Origin: a virus | Virus record (IMG/VR): IMGVR_UViG_3300048834_000258 | Coordinates: 9,568 to 73,567 of that record | Length of the DNA: 64,000 nt | Reading direction: 5' to 3' (one strand) | In this document: piece by piece, positions 10,489 to 20,620 of the stretch | How positions within the stretch are numbered: position 1 is the stretch's first letter | Layout: the number at the start of each line of letters is the position of its first letter | The notes under the pieces: generated by a model | Databases searched by the model: none | Told to the model about the DNA's origin: nothing | What the model saw: the letters and a program-made list of their open reading frames with translations, nothing else | Position numbers and translations under genes: made by a program

Positions 10489-10630
10489 GTTGACGGCCAG
10501 AGCCGCAGAAGAAGCGATCCGCCCCTTCCTGGAGCGCCGCAACGGCTATCTGGCGGCTGTCATGACCGCACTCGAACTGACGGGCAACTGGGACTACGAC
10601 GCACAGACCTTTACGTTCACACGTAAGTAA
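10364..10630 (+). CDS. Small coiled-coil protein (tail chaperone-like)
   Basis: RBS AAAGGA 7 nt upstream; helical C-terminal half. Confidence 0.5.
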   Translation: MSETLTTTPSETAPSSSEEVQESPSRIVLSSRHQQNLKELDELTARAAEEAIRPFLERRNGYLAAVMTALELTGNWDYDAQTFTFTRK

Positions 10631-10641
10631 AAAGCACCTAC

Positions 10642-10709
10642 AAAACGCACAAAGGGCGGCACAATGGCCGCCTCTCTGTGTTTTGGTGGTCTACAACCAG
10701 TGTAGCATA
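10642..10709 (-). ncRNA. Promoter + short RNA unit E1
   Basis: Minus strand: TATGCTACACT GGTTGT AGACCACC...CACAGAG-A-GGCGGC CATTGT GCCGCC-CTTTGTG CGTTTT. Confidence 0.6.
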
Positions 10710-10717
10710 GACGCGAG

Positions 10718-11506
10718 CTATTCTTCGACGTAAGTACCTTTCCACCCATAGAAGGTTACTTCTGAGCCGGGAGCCGGAATCGGAAATTTTGGATGTGTCG
10801 GAGATCCAAGGTAATCGGCCACGGCATCATACGGGATACGAATGTATCCCCGCTTGCGCGTGCCGACGATGGCTCGACGCGGTGAGCCGAGCAAACTGAC
10901 ACTTGTCAGGACAGTAAGATCTGCGGTGCTTACAAACACAGAGTCAGCATTTACGCATTGCATTTCCGGCTCAATGAACTGGTTCTCCTTGAGTTTCCCC
11001 TCCGCCCGCAGCTTCGCTTCCAGCGCCGCCGCGTCGGTGATGTCCTCGCCGTACACCTGCTGCCAGTCGTTGAGCTTGTAGGCGTGAATGATTTTGAAGT
11101 TGATGCCATATTCGCCCGTGAAGTCTTGAGACAAAGTCGGTCGCCTGCCTGCGTAATGGATCACAGCAAAGGGCCGTCCCGCAGCAACGTCCCCAAACTT
11201 CGGCTTCCCATACTTCTCCGGGCAGGGGCAGTGCTTCGCCCACACGCTCTCGGGCGTAGCGCCTTCGCCGTACTTTTCCTCGATCTCGGTCAACGCCGGG
11301 GCGAGGATGAGGACAGGGGCATCACAGGGGTAATCGTCGGAAGCGGCAATCACCCGAGGTGCCCACCTCCCTAGCCAATTCTCCCCTTTCTTGGGGGGCC
11401 GAAACGCAATTGCCCGAAAGCCGGTTGGGATCGGTGGGTTGGGGGTTCCGTACTTCTGCTCAACCGTGATCGTTTCCTCAACTTGCACTTTCCAAGGTTC
11501 AAACAT
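10718..11506 (-). CDS. Repeat-domain protein (3 YG...FRxP units), paralog family
   Basis: Lone reverse gene in the late operon with own -10 (TGTTATCCT near 11550) and RBS GAGGAGG; internal repeats QKYG/EKYG/QVYG. Confidence 0.75.
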   Translation of the reverse strand: MFEPWKVQVEETITVEQKYGTPNPPIPTGFRAIAFRPPKKGENWLGRWAPRVIAASDDYPCDAPVLILAPALTEIEEKYGEGATPESVWAKHCPCPEKYGKPKFGDVAAGRPFAVIHYAGRRPTLSQDFTGEYGINFKIIHAYKLNDWQQVYGEDITDAAALEAKLRAEGKLKENQFIEPEMQCVNADSVFVSTADLTVLTSVSLLGSPRRAIVGTRKRGYIRIPYDAVADYLGSPTHPKFPIPAPGSEVTFYGWKGTYVEE

Positions 11507-11596
11507 GAAATCCTCCTCTGGCGCACAGCGCCGATTGACTTACACAGACAGGATAACACGGGTCCACCCGGACTGCAATGGTAAAATAGTAGTAGG

Positions 11597-14011
11597 ATGG
11601 CTGAATACCAAGCTCCGACTTTAGATAAAATTCTAGGTGGTGTGGGCACTGGCGTCGGGCTTGGGACGATGGCCACAACCGCTATGGGGAGTGCTGCGGC
11701 CTCCGGGCTGATGGGCGCAACGATGGCGGGGTTGCTTAGCAACCCGTTTACGGCGGTGGGAGCAGCCCTGCTGCCACTGGCAGCGAAGATGTTTGGTCCG
11801 GGGTCCGATGGACCGAAGATGGTGGGGGCAACCAACTTGGTTGAACCCTACGACAAGCTGCTTACGCAAAGGCGTGATGACTTCCTGAAGAATAGTGCGA
11901 ATGCTACGCCGGAACAGAAATTACGGTTTGCGGCGGAACAAGAAGCTATTATTCAGGATATGTTCTCGAAATTCGAGAAATATAAGGATCAGTTAGGGGA
12001 TATCGGGGCGCGTAGTATTGCTGAACGGCAGGCGGGCGGCAAGCATGACTTCTACAAATACTATGTGACTCCTATTACTGGTGGCGGGCGAGCCGCAGAT
12101 TTCGCGCAGGCGAACGGGTTGCAGATGCCGCAAATCAGCGGCGTAGGCACCCCCGGAGGGGGAGGTCTCAACCTCACCCAGCGAGTAATGGGTGCTCCCG
12201 GAGGGAGCGCGGGTACGGGAATAGGCGGTGCCGCAGGCACCCCGATTTTGAATTTGGGAGGCGGCTCTGCCGCTAATTGGGCTTTACCAGCAGCGGCGGG
12301 AGGTGCGACGATGTTCAGCGGTATTGGTTCGTGGCTCGGAAATCTTTTCGGAAACCAGGGTTTCCAGCAAGCAATGGGCGCTCTTGCGCCCGCAATTACC
12401 GGCATTCTCGGCGGTCTGGGTCAGCGGTCTTCTAACGATTCGGCTAACGAGACTCTCCAGGGCGCAATCGCAGACCTCCTCGGACGCGGCGATGAGTTTG
12501 CCAATTTGTCCGCAGAACAACAGGCACAGGTGGTCCAAGCTGTTCAGCAGATGCTCGGAGCGGGCGGGGCCACCCCGCAGTTCTCCGCTTTGCAGAGTGA
12601 TATCGCTCGCACTGGCAGTTCGATGCCCGCGCTGTTCGGCCAGAACCTTGCGGACCCGCAGGCTATCAACATGCTGCTTCAGAGCATCGCTGATCCTCGG
12701 GCGCAAAGCGCCATGACACAGGGGGCTAACATGGTCGCCTCTGGCGGAATGACTCCTGAACTGGCTCAGTTGTTCCAGACAGCACAGGCGCTCCAGACGG
12801 GCAGTTCTGGCCAACAGATGCAGCTTCAATCGTTGGCAAACGAACTAACCCAAAACGGCGGTACTACGCCCTTCCTCCAAACGCTTATGGGCGCGGGGGC
12901 TAGTGCCCTCGGCACTAGAGGGATGACGCCGGAGATCCAGCAGGCACTCGGCCCGTTTATGTCGCTCTTGCAGAGCGGCGGTAAGAATGCCGAAAATACC
13001 GCGCTGTTTGGGCGCGGCATGGACCTCTTCAACCGGGAAGCCTTGCTTCCTATGTCGAAGGTTATTGGCATCGCTGGTGACCAAGCGGGTAGAGCCGTCC
13101 TCGATCAGTATGAGCAGGTACGGCGCGAAGCGCAGCAGCGTGGCGGTGGCCCTGGAGCCGTGGTTGGCTCGGGGAGTGCCAACGATGCGCGGGCCGAGTT
13201 TGGAGACCGGGCAGCAGCAGCTATTGCGAAGGCACAGCAAGACGCAATGATGGGCCAGCAGGGGCTGCAACTGCAACAGCAGGCGACTGGTGCCGGAGCC
13301 GCAGGCCAAGGGGCTTCACTGATGGCGCAGCTTCTCGGAATGGGCCAGAGCGGCGTATCCAACCTTCTGAGCACAGCCGCAGGGCGCGAAGGCACTCTGG
13401 GCCAGTTGGGAGCCGCAGGTCAGCAGCAGGCCAATGCCCGGACGGGCATGGGTGGAGATTTCCTCAACACCATCATGCAAATTGCCCTGGGCGGCGGACA
13501 GTTGGGAGCCTCTGCTGCGGGACAGCAGACGGGGCGCATTAACGCTGGTGGTAACATTGTGCAAGGCATGGGCCAATTGCAGCAGAGCGGCCTCGATTCG
13601 ATTGTGAAGAATCTGCTGCAAGGTTCGCAGTTGGGGATCCAGCAGGGAACAGCTTTGGGCAATTTGCTCAATACAAACCAGGAGCTTCTGTCTCGGAACG
13701 AGATTGGACGGATGTCCAATATCAATTCGCTGCTTTCGTTGCTAACACAAATGAGCGGGCAGAATTTGAGTACAGCGAGTGGGCTGTATCAGGGTTCGAC
13801 AGGACTACAAACACCGCTGGCAACTGGACAGCGAAACTCGCCTATTAGTGATGCGCTAACGGCTCTTGGACCTGGACTAGCTCAGTGGTTCGGTAATCGG
13901 ATGTCTATTCCTACTGCGAGTACGCCGGGAATTGTACCCACTCCCAATGCAACGGTAGCGCCCTATGTGACATCACTACCTAAACTTCCGGGATTTAATC
14001 CGACTTCGTAG
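11597..14011 (+). CDS. Gly/Ala/Gln-rich DNA ejection (pilot)-like protein
   Basis: 804 aa with hydrophobic Gly-rich N-terminus and Gln-rich helices; promoter TGGTAAAAT at 11579-11587. Confidence 0.65.
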   Translation: MAEYQAPTLDKILGGVGTGVGLGTMATTAMGSAAASGLMGATMAGLLSNPFTAVGAALLPLAAKMFGPGSDGPKMVGATNLVEPYDKLLTQRRDDFLKNSANATPEQKLRFAAEQEAIIQDMFSKFEKYKDQLGDIGARSIAERQAGGKHDFYKYYVTPITGGGRAADFAQANGLQMPQISGVGTPGGGGLNLTQRVMGAPGGSAGTGIGGAAGTPILNLGGGSAANWALPAAAGGATMFSGIGSWLGNLFGNQGFQQAMGALAPAITGILGGLGQRSSNDSANETLQGAIADLLGRGDEFANLSAEQQAQVVQAVQQMLGAGGATPQFSALQSDIARTGSSMPALFGQNLADPQAINMLLQSIADPRAQSAMTQGANMVASGGMTPELAQLFQTAQALQTGSSGQQMQLQSLANELTQNGGTTPFLQTLMGAGASALGTRGMTPEIQQALGPFMSLLQSGGKNAENTALFGRGMDLFNREALLPMSKVIGIAGDQAGRAVLDQYEQVRREAQQRGGGPGAVVGSGSANDARAEFGDRAAAAIAKAQQDAMMGQQGLQLQQQATGAGAAGQGASLMAQLLGMGQSGVSNLLSTAAGREGTLGQLGAAGQQQANARTGMGGDFLNTIMQIALGGGQLGASAAGQQTGRINAGGNIVQGMGQLQQSGLDSIVKNLLQGSQLGIQQGTALGNLLNTNQELLSRNEIGRMSNINSLLSLLTQMSGQNLSTASGLYQGSTGLQTPLATGQRNSPISDALTALGPGLAQWFGNRMSIPTASTPGIVPTPNATVAPYVTSLPKLPGFNPTS

Positions 14012-14019
14012 GAGCTAAT

Positions 14020-15876
14020 ATGGCGTTCAACTTTACACAACTCGCGGAAATGATGAACCCTCAAGCTCCTCAACCTGCGCCTATGGCACAGCAGGCGGCA
14101 GCACAGCAGGCAGCGGCGGAATTGGAGTTCCAGCAAATGCTGGCAAAGATCCGCGAACACCAAGAGGCTCAGCGCCAAGCTCAGTTGGCCGAAACTAGCC
14201 AGCAGTTTGATCCTATTATCGAACGGATGCGTGGTAACGTTGAAACGGCTACGCAGCCGGTTCCGCAGGGAAGCCGTCTCGGCGACTTGGGCGAGATCAT
14301 TGCGAATGCTTTCTATACTGCTAGGTTCAACGAACGGCTGAAGACACCCTACGAGCGCCGACAGGCGGAAGCCGGAACCCGCCAGCAGCAAGAGATGAAC
14401 GCGCTAGCGCAAATGCGGCTGATGATGGAGGGCAAGTCCAAGGCAGAGGATCGAATTTCCCAGTCGTTTGATGACCGCACAAAAGCGGAGATGGACGCAG
14501 CCGCTAAGCTGTGGAAAGCTCGTCAAGACATGGAGAAAGCTGCTCGTGCTGCACAGCAGCGGGACCGAGGTTTGGATATTTCTCAAGCGAGATTAGAAGA
14601 TACTCAGAAGCGCACTGGTATTATGGAAGGTCGTGCTGAGGATGATATTGGCAATCAAGCTGATGTTCTCGTCCAACAGAAGTATCCTCGTTTGAAAAAG
14701 GGATCTGCTGAGTATGTGGCTCGTCATGCGGAGGAGTTTGATGCTATTCGCAGAAATCGCCAAGGCTCTAAAATCCTCTCGCAGCAAACATTCGATGCGG
14801 GCCTAAATCCCGTCATCGACATTATGCGAGTACCTCCGGTGCCTATCTCCGTCACACCAACACAACAGCCGAAGGCCGCAGCCGCTCCTACGAAACAATT
14901 AGGCGGGCAGGCTCGACCCTCGATCCCAGCACCGGCTCCCCCGGCTAATGCGTCTCCGAGACCTCTAGTGTCTGAACGCACGCTACTGTCGGCTTCGGAA
15001 TTACCCAACACAAATAACAAAAGCTGGTGGGTTCGTAGAAACATTACCGACGGAGCGCCAAAAGTCTGGTTCAATTCAGGAAGACGCCACAAAGCACAGT
15101 CGCTTAAAGTAGTGCAAGACCACCAAGCGTTGCTCGATCTCAACAACTCTATGTTGTCGGCGGTCGGGCGTATTGTGGAAAAGGGAGGAGCCGAATATTT
15201 CTCACCGGCCCACCCTCGAAATATTATGGGACTTCTAGCGGCTCCTGTAACTGAACCTGGAGTGGCCGAGGATCTCTACGACCGGGGCTGGAGTATTCTG
15301 AAATCGGTCATGTCTCCAAAAGCAGGAGGCGAGAATTCACTGCCTCCTCAAGTTCGAGATTTGGTGATGGACTTGCGGGAGAATCTCAACAAAGCCATCA
15401 AACTACAGACTGGCGCTGCTGGTTCGTTTCAGGAATACAAACGTATCAGTTTGACGCAACCTGCGGAAAGCGATAGCTTGCACGAGTTAGCTCGAAAGTT
15501 CGTAAAGAATCAAATAGCAGTTTCTTTGAATCTCGGCTTGCTGGATGTATACACTACAGGCAAGGGTCAGTTGTCCGACAAGCAACTAGAATCGTTCCGC
15601 CAATACCATGCCGTTATTGCGGAGAAGATGAGCCAATCATTGGTTAATGGCAACCTTTCTGGGGCTGAATTGGAGGAGGCGTTTAAGCCCGAAACCTTAA
15701 TCGAAGGGGCACTTCTCTACAGTCAAGCCAAAGAACGGGGGCCTGAGTTCGCCGATCAAGTTCTGGCGGATATGGTTCGCGGCATTGAAGCCATTCAGAA
15801 GAAGAAGTCTAATGTCATCGATAGGATGAAAAAAGCCAACACATCTGAAGGTGAGTTCGCGGAGTTCAACAACTAG
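14020..15876 (+). CDS. Internal virion/ejection protein
   Basis: 618 aa, helical; RBS AGGAG; position after the pilot-like gene. Confidence 0.6.
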   Translation: MAFNFTQLAEMMNPQAPQPAPMAQQAAAQQAAAELEFQQMLAKIREHQEAQRQAQLAETSQQFDPIIERMRGNVETATQPVPQGSRLGDLGEIIANAFYTARFNERLKTPYERRQAEAGTRQQQEMNALAQMRLMMEGKSKAEDRISQSFDDRTKAEMDAAAKLWKARQDMEKAARAAQQRDRGLDISQARLEDTQKRTGIMEGRAEDDIGNQADVLVQQKYPRLKKGSAEYVARHAEEFDAIRRNRQGSKILSQQTFDAGLNPVIDIMRVPPVPISVTPTQQPKAAAAPTKQLGGQARPSIPAPAPPANASPRPLVSERTLLSASELPNTNNKSWWVRRNITDGAPKVWFNSGRRHKAQSLKVVQDHQALLDLNNSMLSAVGRIVEKGGAEYFSPAHPRNIMGLLAAPVTEPGVAEDLYDRGWSILKSVMSPKAGGENSLPPQVRDLVMDLRENLNKAIKLQTGAAGSFQEYKRISLTQPAESDSLHELARKFVKNQIAVSLNLGLLDVYTTGKGQLSDKQLESFRQYHAVIAEKMSQSLVNGNLSGAELEEAFKPETLIEGALLYSQAKERGPEFADQVLADMVRGIEAIQKKKSNVIDRMKKANTSEGEFAEFNN

Positions 15877-15885
15877 GAGTAATCT

Positions 15886-18303
15886 ATGCCCATCATTGGC
15901 GGCGGTATTGTTTCGGAGCAAAAAGCGCAAGAGCGTGAAGAGAAATTTCGCCGGTTTCAGCAACAACTGAAACTATACAAGACCATGCCGCCCGAAGCCC
16001 GCAAGGAATTCCTCGTCAAAAAGATGGGAATGTCGGAATTGGCCGAGGTTTCTCCCGAAGAGGCGGCTTTGAAATTCGACGAGATTTACGCCAAGAAAGC
16101 GGACGCTCCAGGACCGGATCTTACTGCTAATCCTATGTGGATGATTTCTGGAACTGACCCAGTTAGCCCCGGAACTGCCGCAACCCGCCTAGGTCTAGGC
16201 ACAGCGGGAGCCGCTGCTACTGCTTTTTTGCCAGGTCCCTTTAAGGGGGCTGGGATGTCTCTGCTAGCTTCGGCCCCTTTTACTTCTCCAGATTCCGCAC
16301 CGGCTGATGTAGCAAGTGCTGCCGTCAATGCTATCCCAGCGGGACGCGGCGGCTTTATTATGCAAACCCTCAAAAATATGTTTCTGGGCGGGGCCGAGGG
16401 AGTTGCCCGTAAAGCCTTTGGGGATGAACAGGCCAGTCCTGCCCTTCAAGCGGGACTAGGTGCTGCGTCAGGGCTAGCCCAAGGTACTGTGCCGTGGATG
16501 GCTCGCGCCATTCCGGGCAAGGGACGAGAGATGGCCGAAGATATACTCTTCCAGTCACGCTCCAAACTTAAGCCTGCTGGAGAAAAAGCTATTCCCCAAA
16601 AAGAAGCTGTGCGTATGCTTACTCAACGACCCGAGTACATGGCACAGGTAGACCAAGCCCTAGGCCAACCGGGCCTCGCCGCTTCCACAGCAGCCCCGGC
16701 TAGCCTTGTTCCCGAAGACGTTCTCAAGTATATGCGAAGTTTGGAGGAAACCGCTAAGGGTAGCGTGCAAGTCGCGCCTTTGCCGAAGCGGCCCACTATC
16801 AAACCCTTCAAGGAAACACCGACCTATAATAGAGGCGTTAGTCCTCTGGCCAAAGGTACCGAAGACGAGGTAGTTGAAGAATTTATTGGAGGTGGGCGTA
16901 TCACACTAGAGCCTGGAACTGCTTCAGTATCTCGTCAGTCCCTTGGAGTCGGCTTTAATCCCGACCTCATGTACACTAGACTTCTGGGGCAAATTACCCA
17001 GAATAAGAAATATGCAGTTGAAGCGCAGGCAGCTTTGCAAGCCTTGGATTACATGAACGACGCAGTATTTGGTGATGCTAAAGGGGCAGACGCTGTATTG
17101 GAAGTAGCCAATAAGCACAAGCTCTTTAGCAATGTGAAAAATTTCCCCTCCCGTGCTTCTATCGATGCCGCTGCGGAAGATTTGGCCGAAGCCTCCAATT
17201 TTGACAAGACTTCAGCCGTTGCCGTACTTGAACACGCTGTTAAGTACGGACGCGGCGAAGGCACGCTCAAAAAGCTGGTGGATAAGGTCGGCAAGGAAAC
17301 CGACCAAGGTATCCGCGCTCTTATTGACGAGACTAAAATGCCGGGGGAGACAGTCGAAACTGTTATTCCGGGGCAAGCACCTAAGTTCGACCTTGCGGAT
17401 AATACCGCGTATGAAATGCGCGTAGCACCTATGCGGCAGCAGGCTGCTCAGCGCACGGAAGAAGCTAATGCCAAAATCGCGGCAGAGAATGCTTTCAAAC
17501 AAGAGCAAGCGCAGGTGGCCAACGCGCGAAACATTGCGCAATTCAAGCAGAAGCTAGAAAAGTTTGACGCAATTCGCCAAACTCGTGAGAGCTTGGGGTT
17601 GCCGGGGATTCTCCCAAAAGGAGATGAACTGGCAAAGCCGATCACCTCGGGAGGAGATTCTCAGGATATTGTTCATTCTCTAGGGAAACTGTTTGAGACG
17701 GTGGAGAAAGAAATTCCCAAAGATCTTCCCCGTACTCGTCAGTTGATGATTCAACAGATGTTGGCAAAGGTTCGAGACGCCAAACTTACTAAGGATATGG
17801 TCAAGCGTCTCAAGCCCCCGGACGGCATTGGGGTACTCCCCGACGACCAGATTGATCCTAAGACCGCAGGGCTTTCTTGGGAATACCTAAAGACGCTGAC
17901 AGGCGAAACCGAAGTTCCTGACAGCCAAGCCACGGCAGCTTTGGGCTTGTCTGCCGTGCTTCGGGACGAACAACTTCTCAACGCAATTGCCCAGGGAGAC
18001 CGAGAGACTGTCTGGCTTAGTACCAAACTGTCGATTATCGGCGTTCGTTTCCGCGAATTGCTCAAAGCCGATCCTTCGGGAGCCGTCGAACGTTACATGA
18101 AAGCCACTCCCGAGCAAATCAAAGCCATGGGCACTCGCCTTAACACAACACTGCCCATGCTTCGTTCCGGGATGCGTGTAGGTGTGGGGGAAATATCTCG
18201 AAGTACAGAAGGCGAAGGCCAACGTCAAACCATTCTGGACACAGTTGCCAAGAAGTTCAAGGGTGCGAAAAATCGGCAGAAGATTGTAGATCGGTTGCCT
18301 TAA
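15886..18303 (+). CDS. Internal virion/ejection protein
   Basis: 805 aa, helical with Gly/Ala hydrophobic segments; last gene of the late block. Confidence 0.6.
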   Translation: MPIIGGGIVSEQKAQEREEKFRRFQQQLKLYKTMPPEARKEFLVKKMGMSELAEVSPEEAALKFDEIYAKKADAPGPDLTANPMWMISGTDPVSPGTAATRLGLGTAGAAATAFLPGPFKGAGMSLLASAPFTSPDSAPADVASAAVNAIPAGRGGFIMQTLKNMFLGGAEGVARKAFGDEQASPALQAGLGAASGLAQGTVPWMARAIPGKGREMAEDILFQSRSKLKPAGEKAIPQKEAVRMLTQRPEYMAQVDQALGQPGLAASTAAPASLVPEDVLKYMRSLEETAKGSVQVAPLPKRPTIKPFKETPTYNRGVSPLAKGTEDEVVEEFIGGGRITLEPGTASVSRQSLGVGFNPDLMYTRLLGQITQNKKYAVEAQAALQALDYMNDAVFGDAKGADAVLEVANKHKLFSNVKNFPSRASIDAAAEDLAEASNFDKTSAVAVLEHAVKYGRGEGTLKKLVDKVGKETDQGIRALIDETKMPGETVETVIPGQAPKFDLADNTAYEMRVAPMRQQAAQRTEEANAKIAAENAFKQEQAQVANARNIAQFKQKLEKFDAIRQTRESLGLPGILPKGDELAKPITSGGDSQDIVHSLGKLFETVEKEIPKDLPRTRQLMIQQMLAKVRDAKLTKDMVKRLKPPDGIGVLPDDQIDPKTAGLSWEYLKTLTGETEVPDSQATAALGLSAVLRDEQLLNAIAQGDRETVWLSTKLSIIGVRFRELLKADPSGAVERYMKATPEQIKAMGTRLNTTLPMLRSGMRVGVGEISRSTEGEGQRQTILDTVAKKFKGAKNRQKIVDRLP

Positions 18304-18304
18304 T

Positions 18305-18382
18305 TGTGGTATGCTTGTTGTAGACACCAACCCCACGAGAGGACAGACGCCGACGCCCGTTGGCTCTGTCCTTTTGTGTTTT
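18305..18382 (+). ncRNA. Promoter + short RNA unit E2
   Basis: TGTGGTATGCT TGTTGT AGACACC...AGGACAGA-C-GCCGACG CC CGTTGGC-TCTGTCCT TTTGTGTTTT. Confidence 0.6.
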
Positions 18383-18410
18383 CTGTGCGTTTTCGATTTG
18401 GGAATAGCGA

Positions 18411-18554
18411 ATGAGACGAGTGCCTAGAAACCCCTACGTGAAGGCCGTCAAAAATAGAAGTGGCGCGGGTCCCCACAAGTTCAACCGCAAAGCGGCCCTT
18501 GCCGAAATCCGCGCCAAAGAAGCCTCCAAAGAAGCCGAACGCTGGAGGCGCTAG
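18411..18554 (+). CDS. 47-aa Arg/Lys-rich peptide (below ORF-track cutoff)
   Basis: MRRVPRNPYVKAVKNRSGAGPHKFNRKAALAEIRAKEASKEAERWRR; its stop overlaps (CTAG) the stop of the convergent gene. Confidence 0.55.
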   Translation: MRRVPRNPYVKAVKNRSGAGPHKFNRKAALAEIRAKEASKEAERWRR

Positions 18555-19252
18555 AGCGCTTCGCGCTCTTCGACTTTTCCTGCCAAAAGTCCCGTTTTAC
18601 CTTTGCGGAGACCGCCGAGAACCACCCACTGGAGGCATCCGACTTCTGGATTGGGGACCACAGTATAAGTCGTCTTAGCAACCTCATCGAAATCGAAAAC
18701 CAGGACGCGCTTTTTGCGCGGCTGCTTCGGACGCACGATATAGACGGGCTTGCCTCCGGCCTCGTAGTTCTGTGCGCCGTCTATCGTACCGTAGATCCAA
18801 AACTCTTCTGGGTCGATGAAGGCGCAGGTCTCCTTGTCTCGCAACTTGCGAAACTCAACCACTTCCCACTCGTTGCCGTCTCGACTAGCCATAGCGTCGT
18901 CAGACTTGCCCACTGCGTTCCGTGCATGATTGGAGGCTCGTGGACACTTCGCCAGCGCGTCTGCGCCGGTCTTGATGCCTTTGCCGTAGGTGCGCTCGCT
19001 CTCGTTGAGGTCTTCTACCACAATCAAGCGCGGGCCGTAAGGTCCCTTGTCGCCCTTCTCCTTCGTGGCAATCTTGCCGTCGGGAGTCAGGTAAGTGTCC
19101 CCTAAAGAGGGGACGCGGAAGTTGGGTACACAGGGGGCCTTGCTATACCCCAAGGAACTCAGGTAGACTGCGATAGACACCCCCAAATCCTTTACCAATT
19201 CCGAATAGACCTCCCCAAACCAAACAGAAACACAGTTAGATGGTGTAAGCAT
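18551..19252 (-). CDS. Repeat-domain protein (2 units), paralog of 10718..11506
   Basis: FRVPSLGDTYL...GPRLIV; LNESERTYGKGIKTGADALAK aligns with LNDWQQVYGEDITDAAALEAK; RBS GGAGG. Confidence 0.75.
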   Translation of the reverse strand: MLTPSNCVSVWFGEVYSELVKDLGVSIAVYLSSLGYSKAPCVPNFRVPSLGDTYLTPDGKIATKEKGDKGPYGPRLIVVEDLNESERTYGKGIKTGADALAKCPRASNHARNAVGKSDDAMASRDGNEWEVVEFRKLRDKETCAFIDPEEFWIYGTIDGAQNYEAGGKPVYIVRPKQPRKKRVLVFDFDEVAKTTYTVVPNPEVGCLQWVVLGGLRKGKTGLLAGKVEEREAL

Positions 19253-19264
19253 CTCAAAACCCTC

Positions 19265-19510
19265 CTATGTGAGAATGACTTTCAGTTCTTTGGCGTCTAC
19301 GAGTACTTCGCGTACCGTTTCGCCAAAGTGGATTGCGTTCACCGCGCCAAAGGCGGTGCTCTGCACCTTTACAGTGCGGAGTTGACATAATTCGCCGTCG
19401 TGGTAACGGAAGCGAGTTTGAGCGCCCAACTGGCGGCGGTCGATGTAGTAGATCGGCGCGTGGCTGGGCACTTCTTCAAGAGCTTTCAGAAGGTCGGCTT
19501 TCGTCATCAC
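19265..19510 (-). CDS. Hypothetical phage protein
   Basis: MTKADLLKALEEVP start typical of small phage proteins. Confidence 0.6.
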   Translation of the reverse strand: MMTKADLLKALEEVPSHAPIYYIDRRQLGAQTRFRYHDGELCQLRTVKVQSTAFGAVNAIHFGETVREVLVDAKELKVILT

Positions 19511-19543
19511 AAAACCAGTTTCGCACAGAAAAGCGAAAAATGC

Positions 19544-19612
19544 AAACGAAAAAGGCAGGCCACTTTCGCGGCACTGCCTCTTCCGGGGTTGGTCTACAAC
19601 CAGTATAGCATA
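19544..19612 (-). ncRNA. Promoter + short RNA unit E3
   Basis: TATGCTATACT GGTTGT AGACCAACC...AGGCAG-T-GCCGC GAAA GTGGC-CTGCCT TTTT. Confidence 0.6.
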
Positions 19613-19777
19613 AAAAGCGAACGGCCCTCCGGGTACCAGTCGAAGGGCCGCTCACAAGCGAAATTCTCACAAATTGTATGGTCACCCTAACAACAGGTTA
19701 TAGGGACTTCCTTTCCGGTCCTATCGGACCCTTTGAGATTAGTGCCTTAGCACACTCTCAGAATAACGCCGCAGGGG

Positions 19778-20620
19778 TTAAATGTCAAACGGAAAAGATT
19801 CGCAGAGGTCGTAAAGGGGAGCTTTGTAGGAGTTCTGGACGTAGAGGACGCGGGAGAGGTTGTAGGCGTTCACTTCGAGGTAGAAGTCTTCTGGGGATTC
19901 GCCCTGGCGGGTTTGGACGCGCATTTCGAGGTACCAGCTACAGTGAGAGGAGTGGTGCCGTTTGGAGGCGCTGACGAGCGTGTCCGGGTTGCCCACCCAC
20001 TGGGAGGCCCCTCGGAAGTTGTGGATGTCGAGGGTGTCTGCGTTGCGGCTGGTTTCGTCGGTGCCCGGTTTGCGGAAGTGATGGGCGATGATGGCGGAAG
20101 CGCCTGGGTGCTTCAGGAGAGCTTCGTCTAGGTGCGCGTAGAACTGACGTACTACTTGGTTTGAAGAATCGTCGCCCTCTAACATGCGGCCCACGGGGTC
20201 GAGGATCACGATGTCCGGTTGTGCTTCGCCCATTAGCTGGAGGAGCAGTTTGTACCCTTCGTAGGTGTCCAGTTTGAATTCTGGTATTTTTGAGACGTAG
20301 GTGAAGCCCTCCAGTTGTTCGGGCGTTAGACCGCGCAAGAGGCGCTTCAAACGTTTCTGGAGGCCCCATTCGCCGAGTTCCTGTTCGAAGTAGAGGATGC
20401 GAGGCTTGGCCTCCGGGAGAAAGTCTGGATGGCCGTAGATGGGATTTCCAAGGGCGAAGTCCCGGATGTTTTCGAGGATGCAGAAGGACTTGCCCACTTT
20501 AGCGCCAGCGCCTAAGAGGAGCGTGCCGCCTTTGGGGAGGTACGACGGACCAGCCCACGTTGCGTTTGTGGGTAGGTCCGCCGCTACGAGTTGTGCAAGC
20601 GACTTGACTTGCGGGGGCAT
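19778..20620 (-). CDS. RecA-fold AAA ATPase/helicase (RepA/AAA_25-like)
   Basis: Walker A GAGAKVGKS, YFEQE, Walker B VILDP, IAHHFRK, RGAS. Confidence 0.85.
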   Translation of the reverse strand: MPPQVKSLAQLVAADLPTNATWAGPSYLPKGGTLLLGAGAKVGKSFCILENIRDFALGNPIYGHPDFLPEAKPRILYFEQELGEWGLQKRLKRLLRGLTPEQLEGFTYVSKIPEFKLDTYEGYKLLLQLMGEAQPDIVILDPVGRMLEGDDSSNQVVRQFYAHLDEALLKHPGASAIIAHHFRKPGTDETSRNADTLDIHNFRGASQWVGNPDTLVSASKRHHSSHCSWYLEMRVQTRQGESPEDFYLEVNAYNLSRVLYVQNSYKAPLYDLCESFPFDI

